DNA of 41,158 bases from Octopus bimaculoides (Eukaryota), in contig NC_069000.1 in NCBI RefSeq assembly GCF_001194135.2, positions 1,116,468-1,157,625 on the forward strand. Direction: 5' to 3'. Below, one piece after another: positions 12,847 through 22,639 of this stretch. Every line of letters starts with the position of its first letter. Positions within the stretch are counted from its first letter, which is position 1. Both the position numbers and the translations under genes were made by a program. The notes under the pieces are model-generated. The model searched no databases and was not told the DNA's origin. It saw only the letters and a program-made list of their open reading frames with translations.

Positions 12847-13007
12847 CAGTCGTGGGCAACCTGTGGCACATGGGGATTTCTAAATGGCACATCTAATGAT
12901 AAATTACTTTGAATTTTTTTTTCTTTTTTCTTTTTACTAGTGCTGCCTGTCTAATGTTGAGCCATGTCTCATGCTCCCTGCTTCTTGAAAAAGGTTGCCC
13001 TTGCCTC
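12847..13007 (+). mobile_element. hAT-type MITE, copy 1
   Basis: Begins CAGTCGTGGGCAACC and ends with the inverted GGTTGCCC; the subterminal GAGCCATGTCTCAT...CCTGCTTCTTGAA is shared with the copy at 18322. No clean 8-bp TSD. Confidence 0.6.
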
Positions 13008-13212
13008 TATTAGAGCATCGGACAAAATACCTGGTGGTGTTTCTTGTGGATCTTTACATTCTGAGTTCAAATCACACCAAGGTCAACTTTGCATTTTTCC
13101 AGCTTCAATGAAACAAAATCCCAGTCAAGTATTGGATGTCAATGCAATCGACGATCCCCCCCCCCAACCACCACCAATTACCGAATTTGTGCTTAAATTA
13201 GGAACAATTACA
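13008..13212 (+). mobile_element. Nin/Deu-like SINE, CpG-decayed copy
   Basis: ATTCTGAGTTCAAATC...GGTCAACTTTGCATTTT...CCAGTCAAGTATTGGATGTCAATGCAATCGAC. Confidence 0.68.
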
Positions 13213-13882
13213 TAGGTAAATACATCTGCATCTAATGACCACCTCATTGATTGTGGTGATGTTGCTCACCAACACACTCCAACTGCTGGCCCACACACAT
13301 ACTGTTACCCTAATAATGGCTTCCACCCATCAAAGCTGCTTGTTTTCCTGGCACCATCCACTCAATCTCTTCTGATTCTCTTCTTTATGCCCCCCCCCTC
13401 TTCATCCCATGACCATGCCATTATTCACTCCTTTCCTTTCCAACAAACAAACTCTCCAGAATGTTCCTTCTGCTATTTTTCTGGGAAAGTTTCCTCTCTC
13501 TCCCTCTCTCTTTTTTTTTTTTTGCCTGGACTGAAGGGAAAGGCTTGTCTTTTTAGCCTGATGTAAAGGGTCAGCTCTCATCTGTCTAACTTTGGCCATC
13601 TTCAGTTTTTGTGTTTTTCAAGTAAAGTGTATCTTGGATTACATTACCCATTGTGTGATCCCTTTTCTTTTCTAAGACGTTAGGACAACTGAATTTTCCC
13701 AAAACAAGCAACTTCTGTGCCAGGGTTCGTTCTGAATAGAAATTCTCTTTTTGTCACATTTGGAGTTTTCAGGAGACATTTGAATCTGTTTGACAGGGGA
13801 AGTAACTGTGTCAGCCATCCAGTTCAGTATTTTCTTGTCAACCAGAAAAATATTTTATCATCTTCATCGTTGACTTTCCCTT

Positions 13883-13990
13883 CCAGGATTTTGTGGATGG
13901 AAACTGAGAGAAGTGTGTGTGTGTATTTTTGTGTCAATGTTGGTGTGTTTACATCCCTGTAACTTAACGGTTCGGCAAAGGAAGTCGATT
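13883..13990 (+). mobile_element. CORE-type SINE internal fragment
   Basis: GATGGAAACTGA...TGTTGGTGTGTTTACATCCCTGTAACTTAACGGTTCGGCAAA. Confidence 0.65.
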
Positions 13991-14020
13991 TGGTTATTCC
14001 TTTACTACGTTAACTATTTA

Positions 14021-14200
14021 CATCATCTTCATTTAACGTCCATGATCCTTGCTGGCACAGATTGGATGGTTTGACAGGATCCAATGGGTCCAAGAACTGC
14101 ATTCTGCTCCAGTTTCTGCTTTGGAATGGATGTCTTTCATAAGATCGACCACTTTACAGAGTGGACTGGGTGGGGTTTCTTTTTCATACCACCCTCACTT
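14021..14200 (-). mobile_element. (GAT)n-tailed retroelement 3' end
   Basis: CATCATCTTCATTTAACGTCC...GGATGGTTTGACAGG...ACCACTTTACAGAGTG. Confidence 0.65.
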
Positions 14201-14585
14201 GTACAACCTCCAAGCAACTCGAAGGTGCAACTTCATGCTAGGAGATGAGGGGTTAAATATGGGTAAATGTATGAGAAAAGGGGTCAGACTAGAACAGGGT
14301 TGTTGCTGTGGAGGAGTTACATGACTATTCACATTTTAAAAGAGAGGGTGGGGCCAGAAAGCAATAGATATGGTGGGAGTGAAGTGCCAGGGTGGACCTT
14401 CAAGATTGAAGGTGGGTAGAAATAAGTGGGGCAGAGAGACCAGGAGTGTGGGTAGGTGGAAGTTGTAAGAGATGAAAGGAGGTACATAATTGCATATTTA
14501 AATTAAGATTTATTAATTAATTTCAGTTGTCTTCCTTTGGTTGATTGAAACATTGTTCAACAATGTTTACTTTTACTTATTACAG

Positions 14586-14670
14586 ATACAGTCTTCATTA
14601 ATTAATTAATCAAAATTATCTCATTTGCCACATGAGACACATCAGCATTTATTTCATGCTCCAGTCAGCA
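14586..14670 (+). other. Candidate upstream 5' UTR exon (85 nt)
   Basis: Acceptor TTTACTTTTACTTATTACAG ending 14585 and donor GCA|GTGAGT at 14671; would give a 326-nt intron to 14996. Confidence 0.5.
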
Positions 14671-14996
14671 GTGAGTTTGGTGCTTCTTTAGCTGTTATTT
14701 CTGCTTTTGTTCTTAACCTCACCCATCGTTTTGCCTGGAAGAGGCTCACTGCCTTTCTCATACCACAGTACAGTGTGCAAATCCCTGTATAATCATTGGA
14801 CCTTCTAGAAATAACAGCCAAATCTTACTCAAATCACATCCCATCGTCTTAGATAATGGCACGTTGAATACTGTGTCCTGAGTTTGCTGTGCATAGGGAA
14901 AAGGCTGACTGACCTGTTTTTCATAAAATACTATATTTTCTTACTATTTTTCTTGAAATTTAATTCAATGTTGACTTTATTTATTTTTCTTTTCAG

Positions 14997-15187
14997 AGTT
15001 TTCCTATCCACCCAGGAACCCAAAACTTTGTCAGTTTCTTCCATCTGTCGTGTTTGTTAAATACCAAGCAGCTGAGCCGACTTTCTTTTCCTGTGGCTTG
15101 TAACGACTCGTAATTCTCAGACAAAAACGACTGAAACCAACTCCCTTCATTGATTCTGTCTTCTTATAAATAAAACAGGCAAAAATC
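14997..15187 (+). other. 5' UTR portion of the ZNF coding exon (3' splice acceptor at 14995-14996)
   Basis: Long polypyrimidine tract ending TTTATTTATTTTTCTTTTCAG at 14996; no ATG between 14997 and the start codon. Confidence 0.7.
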
Positions 15188-17983
15188 ATGAACGAGCAAT
15201 CAGAAAACTGCCAAGTTTGCTGTAATGCTTCCTACAAACAAACGAAAAAATTATCTCCAGACATCAACCCTTACAAATGTGGGATCTGCTTGAAAGGTTT
15301 CCCCAAATTGTCTTTGTTGGCCAAACATGTCAAACTGGACAATTGTCGAGACAACGTGATTGACTGCAACCTTTGCAATGAGTCTTTTGATCATCCCAGC
15401 TTGCCGTTGAGTCATCCTCCTGCACAGCCGAGTCCTTGTCTCATGGAATGCACAAGGCCAAACAAGCCAAATAATTGCTGCAATGTTATTTTAAACAACC
15501 GAAACCCAAAGCAAAGCCCTTGTTGCAAAAAATCACCTTTGACAAAAAAACAGAACCAGCTTGTATCCGGAAATAATAATAATAATAATAATAATAATAT
15601 GGTGAATGAATGTTTTAAAACATCCACCATCTCAAGAAGGAACATGAATGGAAATGTCTCTCGCACCAAACCTTTTAAATGTAAAATATGCTTCAAGAGT
15701 TTTCCCAAAGCATCCATCCTTGCCAACCACACCAAATCTCACACAAAAGACAAATCTTTTAAGTGTGATATTTACAATAAAAATATTGAATCCACTAATT
15801 TCACCAGATATGAGAATAATCATTCGAGTGGTAAGGTTTTCAGTTGTAACATTTGTCACAAAGCTTTCTCTCAGTCCAGCAACCTCACAACACACAAACG
15901 CGTCCATTCTGGGGAAAGACCCTTCCAGTGTTACATTTGTAACAAAGCTTTCACAGAGTCTGGCAATCTTCGTCGTCACATGAGAATTCATTCTGGTGAG
16001 AGACCTTTTAAATGCGATATCTGTGAGAAACCATTCTCTCAGTTGTCCCACGTAGCAAAACACAGAAGCACACATTTTAAAATGAAGCATTTTAAAACTA
16101 AAACACACAATGGTAAGAACCGCATGAAAGCTAACAACGGTGCCAATAAACCGAATCCACGCCCTGGGCGCCGCCGGCAAGTTTCATCAAATGTTATCAA
16201 AATCTACTCTCCTTCCGGAAAAATCTGCTACAAGTGTGCAATCTGTGAAAAAGTGTTCAAAGAATCGGGGAACTTGACTCGCCATTTCAGGACTCACACC
16301 GGGGAGAGACCCTTCCATTGCAGTATTTGCTATAAATCATTCTCGCAAGCATCACATGTCCATAAACACATGAAAACTCACAGTGTTGACAAACCATTTT
16401 CTTGTGAACTTTGTCCGAAAAGTTTCTCAAATTTTGACAGCTTATATGAACATGTGAAGATTCATTCTGGTTTGGATGTTGAAGAACAAGCCAAGATTGA
16501 TATCCTTAGTCCTGCTAATATTGAAGAAACTGCTGTAGCAACCGTTATGGCTTTGGAGGAATCAAAAGACTCACTTGAAGCAATCAAACCTATTCTATTA
16601 CAACCAGAATATGATGTAGCATCTCTCCAGCCCAACCCAACCAGTGGCATCATTGAAGATTCTGCAAACCAGATCCTAATACAAGAACCTCTTACTCAGC
16701 AGTATCTTAACAGTAATTTGCCTCCAGAGTTGGGATTGCTGCCTGACATTCCAAGCGTACCGAAATCCTCGTCTGTTTTTGAATGTCACATCTGTCAAAA
16801 GACTTTCTCTCAGTATTGCTTCCTTACTCGACACAGTAAGATCCATTTGAAACTGAAACCCTACAAATGTAAAACGTGTGGCAAGGCTTTCACGGAGTCT
16901 GGAAATCTCTCTCGCCACATGAGAATACATTCTGGAGAGCGTCCGTACAAATGCAGTGTCTGCAGCAAAGCTTTCTCTCAAGCAACTCATTTACAGAAAC
17001 ACATGAACACACACACAACAGACAAGTCCCATTGTTGTCATTTTTGTCAGGCAACTTTTAGACTTTCGGCTGATTTGACAAAACATTTGAAAATTCACTG
17101 CCAAGAGAAACAGTACCAGTGCCATATCTGCAATAAGGTTTTTACAGAGTCTGGCTCTCTGTCAAGACACATGCGTATTCACTCTGGTTCGCGTCCTTAT
17201 CAGTGTGAAGTGTGTGACAAATCATTTTTCCAGTCTTGCGTCCTCAATAAACACAAACGGATCCATTCGGAAGACAAGCCATTCAAATGTGAAATTTGCA
17301 GGAAGGCTTTTACCGAGTCGGGTAACTTGACCCGTCACTACCGTACACACACGGGTGAGAAACCCTATCGCTGTAATATTTGCAACAAACCTTTTTCTCA
17401 AGCATCACACGTCAACAAACACATGCGCACACATCCTGAGTCGCAATACTTTCAACAAGATTTCACCTGTAGTACTTTGTTGGAAGAGAGTGACCCTTAT
17501 TCTAACATGTCCTTAATAGAGGAAATGATGGCCTCGACAGACACCGGCGCCAATCATGAAGGACCTGTTACTCCGGAGAACTTGGCTGCTCAGTACACAG
17601 ACTTATCTCGTCATGTGCGTTTTTATGCAGACAGCAAGATGTGCAAGTGCACCAACTGCAACACTTCTTTCACCATTTCCCAATACACCGAACATATCAA
17701 CACTTGTCTTGCAAGTGCACCAAATATTGTAAAAACTGATTCTAACACAAATGAGCTGAAGCCAGAAAACTGTGATGGTGGGGGCAGTGTCACTGGTGAT
17801 GCTGTGCTCAACATAAAGACAGCTTTAAATGTTTTGAAAAACCAACAAGAAAACACAACCAAAGAAAACATTCTGCCAGAAGACTCGAATTGTATTCCTG
17901 ACATAACAACAAACAATGGTTGTAATGATGAGGCAGGCAGCACACAGCCTCCTCCCGTCACTGTGAAAACTGAATCTATGTGA
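15188..17983 (+). CDS. C2H2 zinc-finger protein, 931 aa, single coding exon; 15 canonical fingers in three blocks (4+3+8), three degenerate N-terminal fingers and one C-terminal C2HC-like finger
   Basis: Uninterrupted 2796-nt ORF with repeated F/Y-x-C-x2-C-x3-F-x5-L/V-x2-H-x3-H motifs and TGERP/SGERP/TGEKP linkers. The ATG has A at -3 and an in-frame TAA upstream at 15167-15169. An acidic/Pro/Gln-rich spacer separates blocks 2 and 3. Confidence 0.96.
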   Translation: MNEQSENCQVCCNASYKQTKKLSPDINPYKCGICLKGFPKLSLLAKHVKLDNCRDNVIDCNLCNESFDHPSLPLSHPPAQPSPCLMECTRPNKPNNCCNVILNNRNPKQSPCCKKSPLTKKQNQLVSGNNNNNNNNNMVNECFKTSTISRRNMNGNVSRTKPFKCKICFKSFPKASILANHTKSHTKDKSFKCDIYNKNIESTNFTRYENNHSSGKVFSCNICHKAFSQSSNLTTHKRVHSGERPFQCYICNKAFTESGNLRRHMRIHSGERPFKCDICEKPFSQLSHVAKHRSTHFKMKHFKTKTHNGKNRMKANNGANKPNPRPGRRRQVSSNVIKIYSPSGKICYKCAICEKVFKESGNLTRHFRTHTGERPFHCSICYKSFSQASHVHKHMKTHSVDKPFSCELCPKSFSNFDSLYEHVKIHSGLDVEEQAKIDILSPANIEETAVATVMALEESKDSLEAIKPILLQPEYDVASLQPNPTSGIIEDSANQILIQEPLTQQYLNSNLPPELGLLPDIPSVPKSSSVFECHICQKTFSQYCFLTRHSKIHLKLKPYKCKTCGKAFTESGNLSRHMRIHSGERPYKCSVCSKAFSQATHLQKHMNTHTTDKSHCCHFCQATFRLSADLTKHLKIHCQEKQYQCHICNKVFTESGSLSRHMRIHSGSRPYQCEVCDKSFFQSCVLNKHKRIHSEDKPFKCEICRKAFTESGNLTRHYRTHTGEKPYRCNICNKPFSQASHVNKHMRTHPESQYFQQDFTCSTLLEESDPYSNMSLIEEMMASTDTGANHEGPVTPENLAAQYTDLSRHVRFYADSKMCKCTNCNTSFTISQYTEHINTCLASAPNIVKTDSNTNELKPENCDGGGSVTGDAVLNIKTALNVLKNQQENTTKENILPEDSNCIPDITTNNGCNDEAGSTQPPPVTVKTESM
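15572..15598 (+). repeat. (AAT)9 coding microsatellite (poly-Asn)
   Basis: Nine pure AAT codons in frame. Confidence 0.95.
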
Positions 17984-18321
17984 AACAAAGTGTACAGAAT
18001 TGATAAATATTTTAAAATATATGTAAACTAGGGTTGTTGTTGTTGTCATTTTTGTGTCTCTTTTCCCTCCCTTATTCAATGGTTTTGTGTCTCTCTGTGT
18101 CTACATCAGCTGGTACAGATGGAAGATATGTGACACATTACCAACATTTGGGCGTCTGTAAGAAACAGGTAATTATGCCTTGTGTTCTGTGTCTGCACAG
18201 AGAGGATGTGTAAGGTGTAGTGGCAGTTATAGGAAAGCATGTTTCTTCAGCTGTCAGTAATTCCATGGTTTCATTCTCTGTGTGTGAGAGAGAGAGATGT
18301 GAACATGGTACACACATAATA

Positions 18322-18469
18322 CAATTGTGGGCAACATGTGGCCTGCAGTACTTTCTGAATGGCTCATGTAATTAAAAATTACCTTGAATTTTATTTTACA
18401 AGTTAGACCCATTTGATGATGAGCCAAGTCTCATACAGCCTGCTTCTTGAATACAGTTGCCTGTCCCCG
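18322..18469 (+). mobile_element. hAT-type MITE, copy 2
   Basis: Begins CAATTGTGGGCAACATGTGGC; 3' part GAGCCAAGTCTCAT...CCTGCTTCTTGAATACAGTTGCC aligns with copy 1. Confidence 0.55.
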
Positions 18470-18957
18470 ATATCAGATACACCAGGAAACTTGTGTATCT
18501 TCTCTTACTTTTTATTCCATGTTTTCACTCTGTGAATGAACATGGAGGAGATATGAGGCAGACCAGCATTTCAACATCTCTAATAAAAACATGGACCTTC
18601 CTAACTACCATATTTTGTAGTATAGAAGCCACACATTTTTTTGTAGAAAAAATACCTTGAAAATTACTCTACATTTTCCATTATGTTAGTTGAGAAGTTG
18701 TAGTTTTCTTAGGGTTAACTGAAATCAATCTCTTACAAAAACTGTTATTTCATTATTTAGTCATTTCTACCCTATAAATCACTTGATTTAACTAATATCA
18801 TTGATCTAATTACATCTCTTTTTATAAAATCTCTGCTGCAGCTACACAGTCCAGGCTACTTTGCTGTTTCTTTACTAATTGTTCATTCGCTAATAGGCCT
18901 TCATTAGTATCACCAACCATTTCCAGTTCTGCAAATTATCTCCTTTGTCTATGGCAG

Positions 18958-19111
18958 GTGTATCAAGGAGACAAATATAGTGTCACATTTAAACTTGAAG
19001 CAGGTGGGCAGCAATGATGGGTGTTGGTACAATCACCTTGGCATGTCATGGATAATCACAAGAGAATTAAAGCAAAGAGCATAATGTTGTGTATTCTGGT
19101 AATAATACCAG
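18958..19111 (+). other. Candidate non-coding exon downstream of the ZNF stop codon (154 nt)
   Basis: Acceptor CTCCTTTGTCTATGGCAG ending 18957 and consensus donor CAG|GTAAGT at 19112; stops in all three frames. Upstream donor CAG|GTAATT at 18169; downstream acceptors at 19451, 19469 and 19677. Confidence 0.45.
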
Positions 19112-20683
19112 GTAAGTGGCCATTGTTTGGTGATGTTGCTCCACAACAGGCATCAGCACTCCACTGGTTCACCTGCCGATTCTGTTTGATAACAGGTATT
19201 TTACTCCATTCGCATGATCACTGCCTGATTTTGCAGGCAGGACTTTGCTATGTATAAGCGTTTCATCCCCAGAATCACATTTCCAAATTCATCGTGTGTT
19301 CTTCACGATGCAGTGTTTGTCATGCCATAAAATATGTTATTCTATGTTTTTAGTGTATCCACAAAGAGGAATACAAGAGTGAAGCAATCTCCACAAAAGA
19401 AAACATCATTCTATATAATTTTTGTGAATACTTTTTCTCTTCTTTTTGTAGAACTTTGTTTTTTTTCAGAAATATTCTTTATTCAAGTTTCCTGATTGGT
19501 GACAAGAAGGACTTCAAGCTATAGACGATCGTCTCAATAAGTCTCATTCGACCCATACTTGCATGGATATTTTACAACCATGAGCCCAACGCCCCAACCT
19601 CCTAAGCCACATGCCTCCTCCATCCTTGCAGTGATAGTCTGCCAGGATTGCACAAACCATCTTTTTCATTCTTACAGGAAACTGGTGAATGGTTCCTTCA
19701 AAACCTGCCACCAACAATGTCATGGTTAATGAAAATGTGATGAAAAGAATAAAGCAAAATTCTGCTGAGTGTGAACTGATTTCATTTTAAGTTCATTTTC
19801 TTTTTATGAAGCATTTCTTATGACTAAAAGATTGATCTGTTTGACTACTGAACGTCTCGAAACGAAAACTGTACGGAGAGACAAATATGGCTTTGTGTTT
19901 CTAAATACAAGGTACATAACTCTGCTTGTCTTACTCAAACAGAAGACTCCAAGCAAACCAGGGATGTTCTGGTTTGGTAAGTTCAAAATTTTGATGTTAT
20001 GAGAAAATAGAGAACCATTCACCGAAGAACTGAGAATTCTTATTTTACAATTCAGCTGAAATCCAAAGACAAAGGTATCAGAATTTGGTGTTAGTCTTGC
20101 CTAATCTGAAGATACACCACAAACAGTAGTGTTTAGTTCAGTTACCCCTAATCAGGACCCTGCATGTAACCCCCTTTCATACTTCATCGCCATCAAACCT
20201 TTTTTTCCAGTGCCTCAGTCAACCTTACTCCATTGTTTTGATGACCTGAGTCTCTGCAACCCATCCGTTGCCACAACCCATACTTTTATTTCAATGATTC
20301 ATTCAAATCTAATTTAACAAGCTTTAGGCCTGAAAAGGCAGACATTAATACAACGATGATGTTGATGTGCACTTTGTTAAAAACTTGGTACTGTATAACG
20401 ATTTCTTTTTTATTCATGTGATTGTTTTGATGGTTTTGACTGAATTAATTTCATGGGTTAAACCTTCTCATCAAATCGTTGGTGAAACAAGAAAGAAATG
20501 GCAAATCTCCAAGACTCTGTAACCTAAGCTAACATCTTGTGTTGTCCTGATTACAAGACTGGATTTAATAATCATTGGCATTGAATCAAATGTTTGGCAA
20601 GACATTCAGATTTGTGTGTGATTTCAAATAAGAAACCTCATTTTCTGGTGCAATTCGTGTAAATGACTTACTCCACACATACA

Positions 20684-20775
20684 TTGGTACCAACTAGTTT
20701 GAACTGTCTTGGTAGCTTGATATCAACTAGCTCAATTGTCTTGGTATGTTGGTACCAAATAGTTTAATCATATTG
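20684..20775. repeat. Degenerate 32-33-bp minisatellite, about 3 units
   Basis: Units start at 20684, 20717 and 20749, each opening with a palindrome (TTGGTACCAA or TTGATATCAA). Confidence 0.6.
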
Positions 20776-21579
20776 CTAGTATCCTCTACTTTAACCAACT
20801 TAGTACCAGCTCTGGTGACAGGACATAAACCAATGACTGCTCACTTAGTTGTCAGGAATCCCTCTTCTATCTTCCAAGAACTGTTTCATAATGATTACTT
20901 CTATCTGTTGCTGGAAATAGCAGTCAAATCAGTCAAAACAGGCAGCTTTGAATTCGACCCCATTGTGCAGCCCCTCAACCAAGTTTTTTGATCAAAGCAT
21001 TAAGAGTTTATTTGGAAGGTGAAAACTCATGAAACTTTTCAGAAGGACTGTTCTGTTTGTAGATGGAAAGCATAACATGTTGCCCAGTTTAATACCACCT
21101 GAACCCATTAGGGGCCTTTAAAGGAGTCCACACTGCTGTAAAGATTTAGGCTGGATCTTTAGTCTATCCTTGTTCATTCCACCATTAACAAAGGCTCTAA
21201 GAAGAGTAGGAATACTGACCCCTGACTCAGCCATTAAATAAAAAGAAACTCCTTGAAAAGTACCAGTTAAAAAAAAATGGACATATTGTAAAATGTGGTA
21301 AGTAAAGAGGTGGGGGAAGTGAGTTGTTATAGAGAAGATCAAAGAAACCTATTTACCTGGACTCCTCATAACTAATAGTTTGATATCTGTGTGTGTGTGT
21401 GTAGCCCTGTTTTGGCATTTGGTGAGAATCAGCATGATGGGAACATGTCTGGCTAAAGAGAAATATAACTTTGCTGAGAAGACAGGAAGGGCTTTTGAGC
21501 TTTTGAAAATCTGCCTTAATGGATTCCAAGGAATGGGGAAAGTAGACATTAAAATGACAATGATGAAACAGTGATATAT

Positions 21580-21760
21580 ATCATCGCCATCATTTAACAT
21601 CCATTTTCCATGCTGGCATGGGTCAGATGGTTTGACAGGAACCACACAAGGCTCCATAATCTTCTTTGATTTGTTTCTATGCCCTTCCTAGCACCAACCA
21701 CTTCACAGAGTGGTTTTTTTACATGGCACCAGCACCGACAAAATCACCAAGTGTATTTTG
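21580..21760 (-). mobile_element. (GAT)n-tailed retroelement 3' end
   Basis: CATCATTTAACATCCATTTTCCATGCTGGCATGGGTCAGATGGTTTGACAGG...GCCCTTCCTAGCACCAACCAC. Confidence 0.72.
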
Positions 21761-22639
21761 AGGCTGAAGGATTCCTTGGAGACACAAGGCATGATATAGG
21801 AATCTGCCAATTCATTGTAATTTCACAGCATGAGACTAAAAGTAGTCTATATTTAAATGCTCTTTATATTAAATGATAGATATACATACACATATATGCA
21901 TCAGGCTTCAACACAGTTTCCATCTACCAAATCCCACTGACAAAGTGTTGCAAACAAGGCCTCATGTAATGGGATCAGTCCCACAATCTTTCAATTACAA
22001 AAAAAACAACTTCTTACCAACACAGACGCCATGCCTGCATCTATCTCTAGAATTACTTATCTTCAAGCTTGTCTCTCTGCCTGGCCTTTTTGTTTGTGTG
22101 TCATTCTTATTTGCCAACAGAAATGTCAGTCGATACACAGAGATTCACACACATACACACATATGTTAACAAACACACTCTGGAGAGAGAAACATTCTCA
22201 TCATTGTCTTTTGTTGTTGTTTGTTTCTCTAATGACATGTTAAGGCTAAATTCAACAGTGAATAATGTATTATTTTTATTCCCATTAAATTCTCATTTTT
22301 ATATAAATAACCAGGAGACTGCACAATAACATATGCAGAAAAAAGAGATTTTCCTATATATGTGTATGCATGTGATTATTTATNNNNNNNNNNNNNNNNN
22401 NNNNNNNNATATATATATATATATACATGCATGTGTGTACGTAAATATGTGTATGTGTAAATATATGAATGCATGTATAAATATATGAATGCATGTATAA
22501 ATATATGTACGTTTTTATGTGTGTGTATATATATATATATACACACACGTGTATGTATATATATATACTTATACACTGCCCTACCTGTAAGTAATAGGGA
22601 TGAATTCAACAGGGATTGGCAAAAACCAGTCACATAAAA

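Noticed and set aside
15188-17983. Assigning a gene symbol to the ZNF
   Set aside because: No diagnostic domain or finger signature of a named orthology group was recognised; top hits to vertebrate ZNF numbers would reflect generic linker similarity.
15412-18079. Antisense and alternate-frame ORFs overlapping the ZNF CDS
   Set aside because: Shadows of the coding strand with no recognisable motifs.
20684-20775. CRISPR-like spacing of about 33-bp palindromic units
   Set aside because: Units are contiguous with no unique spacers, there are no cas genes, and the context is eukaryotic.
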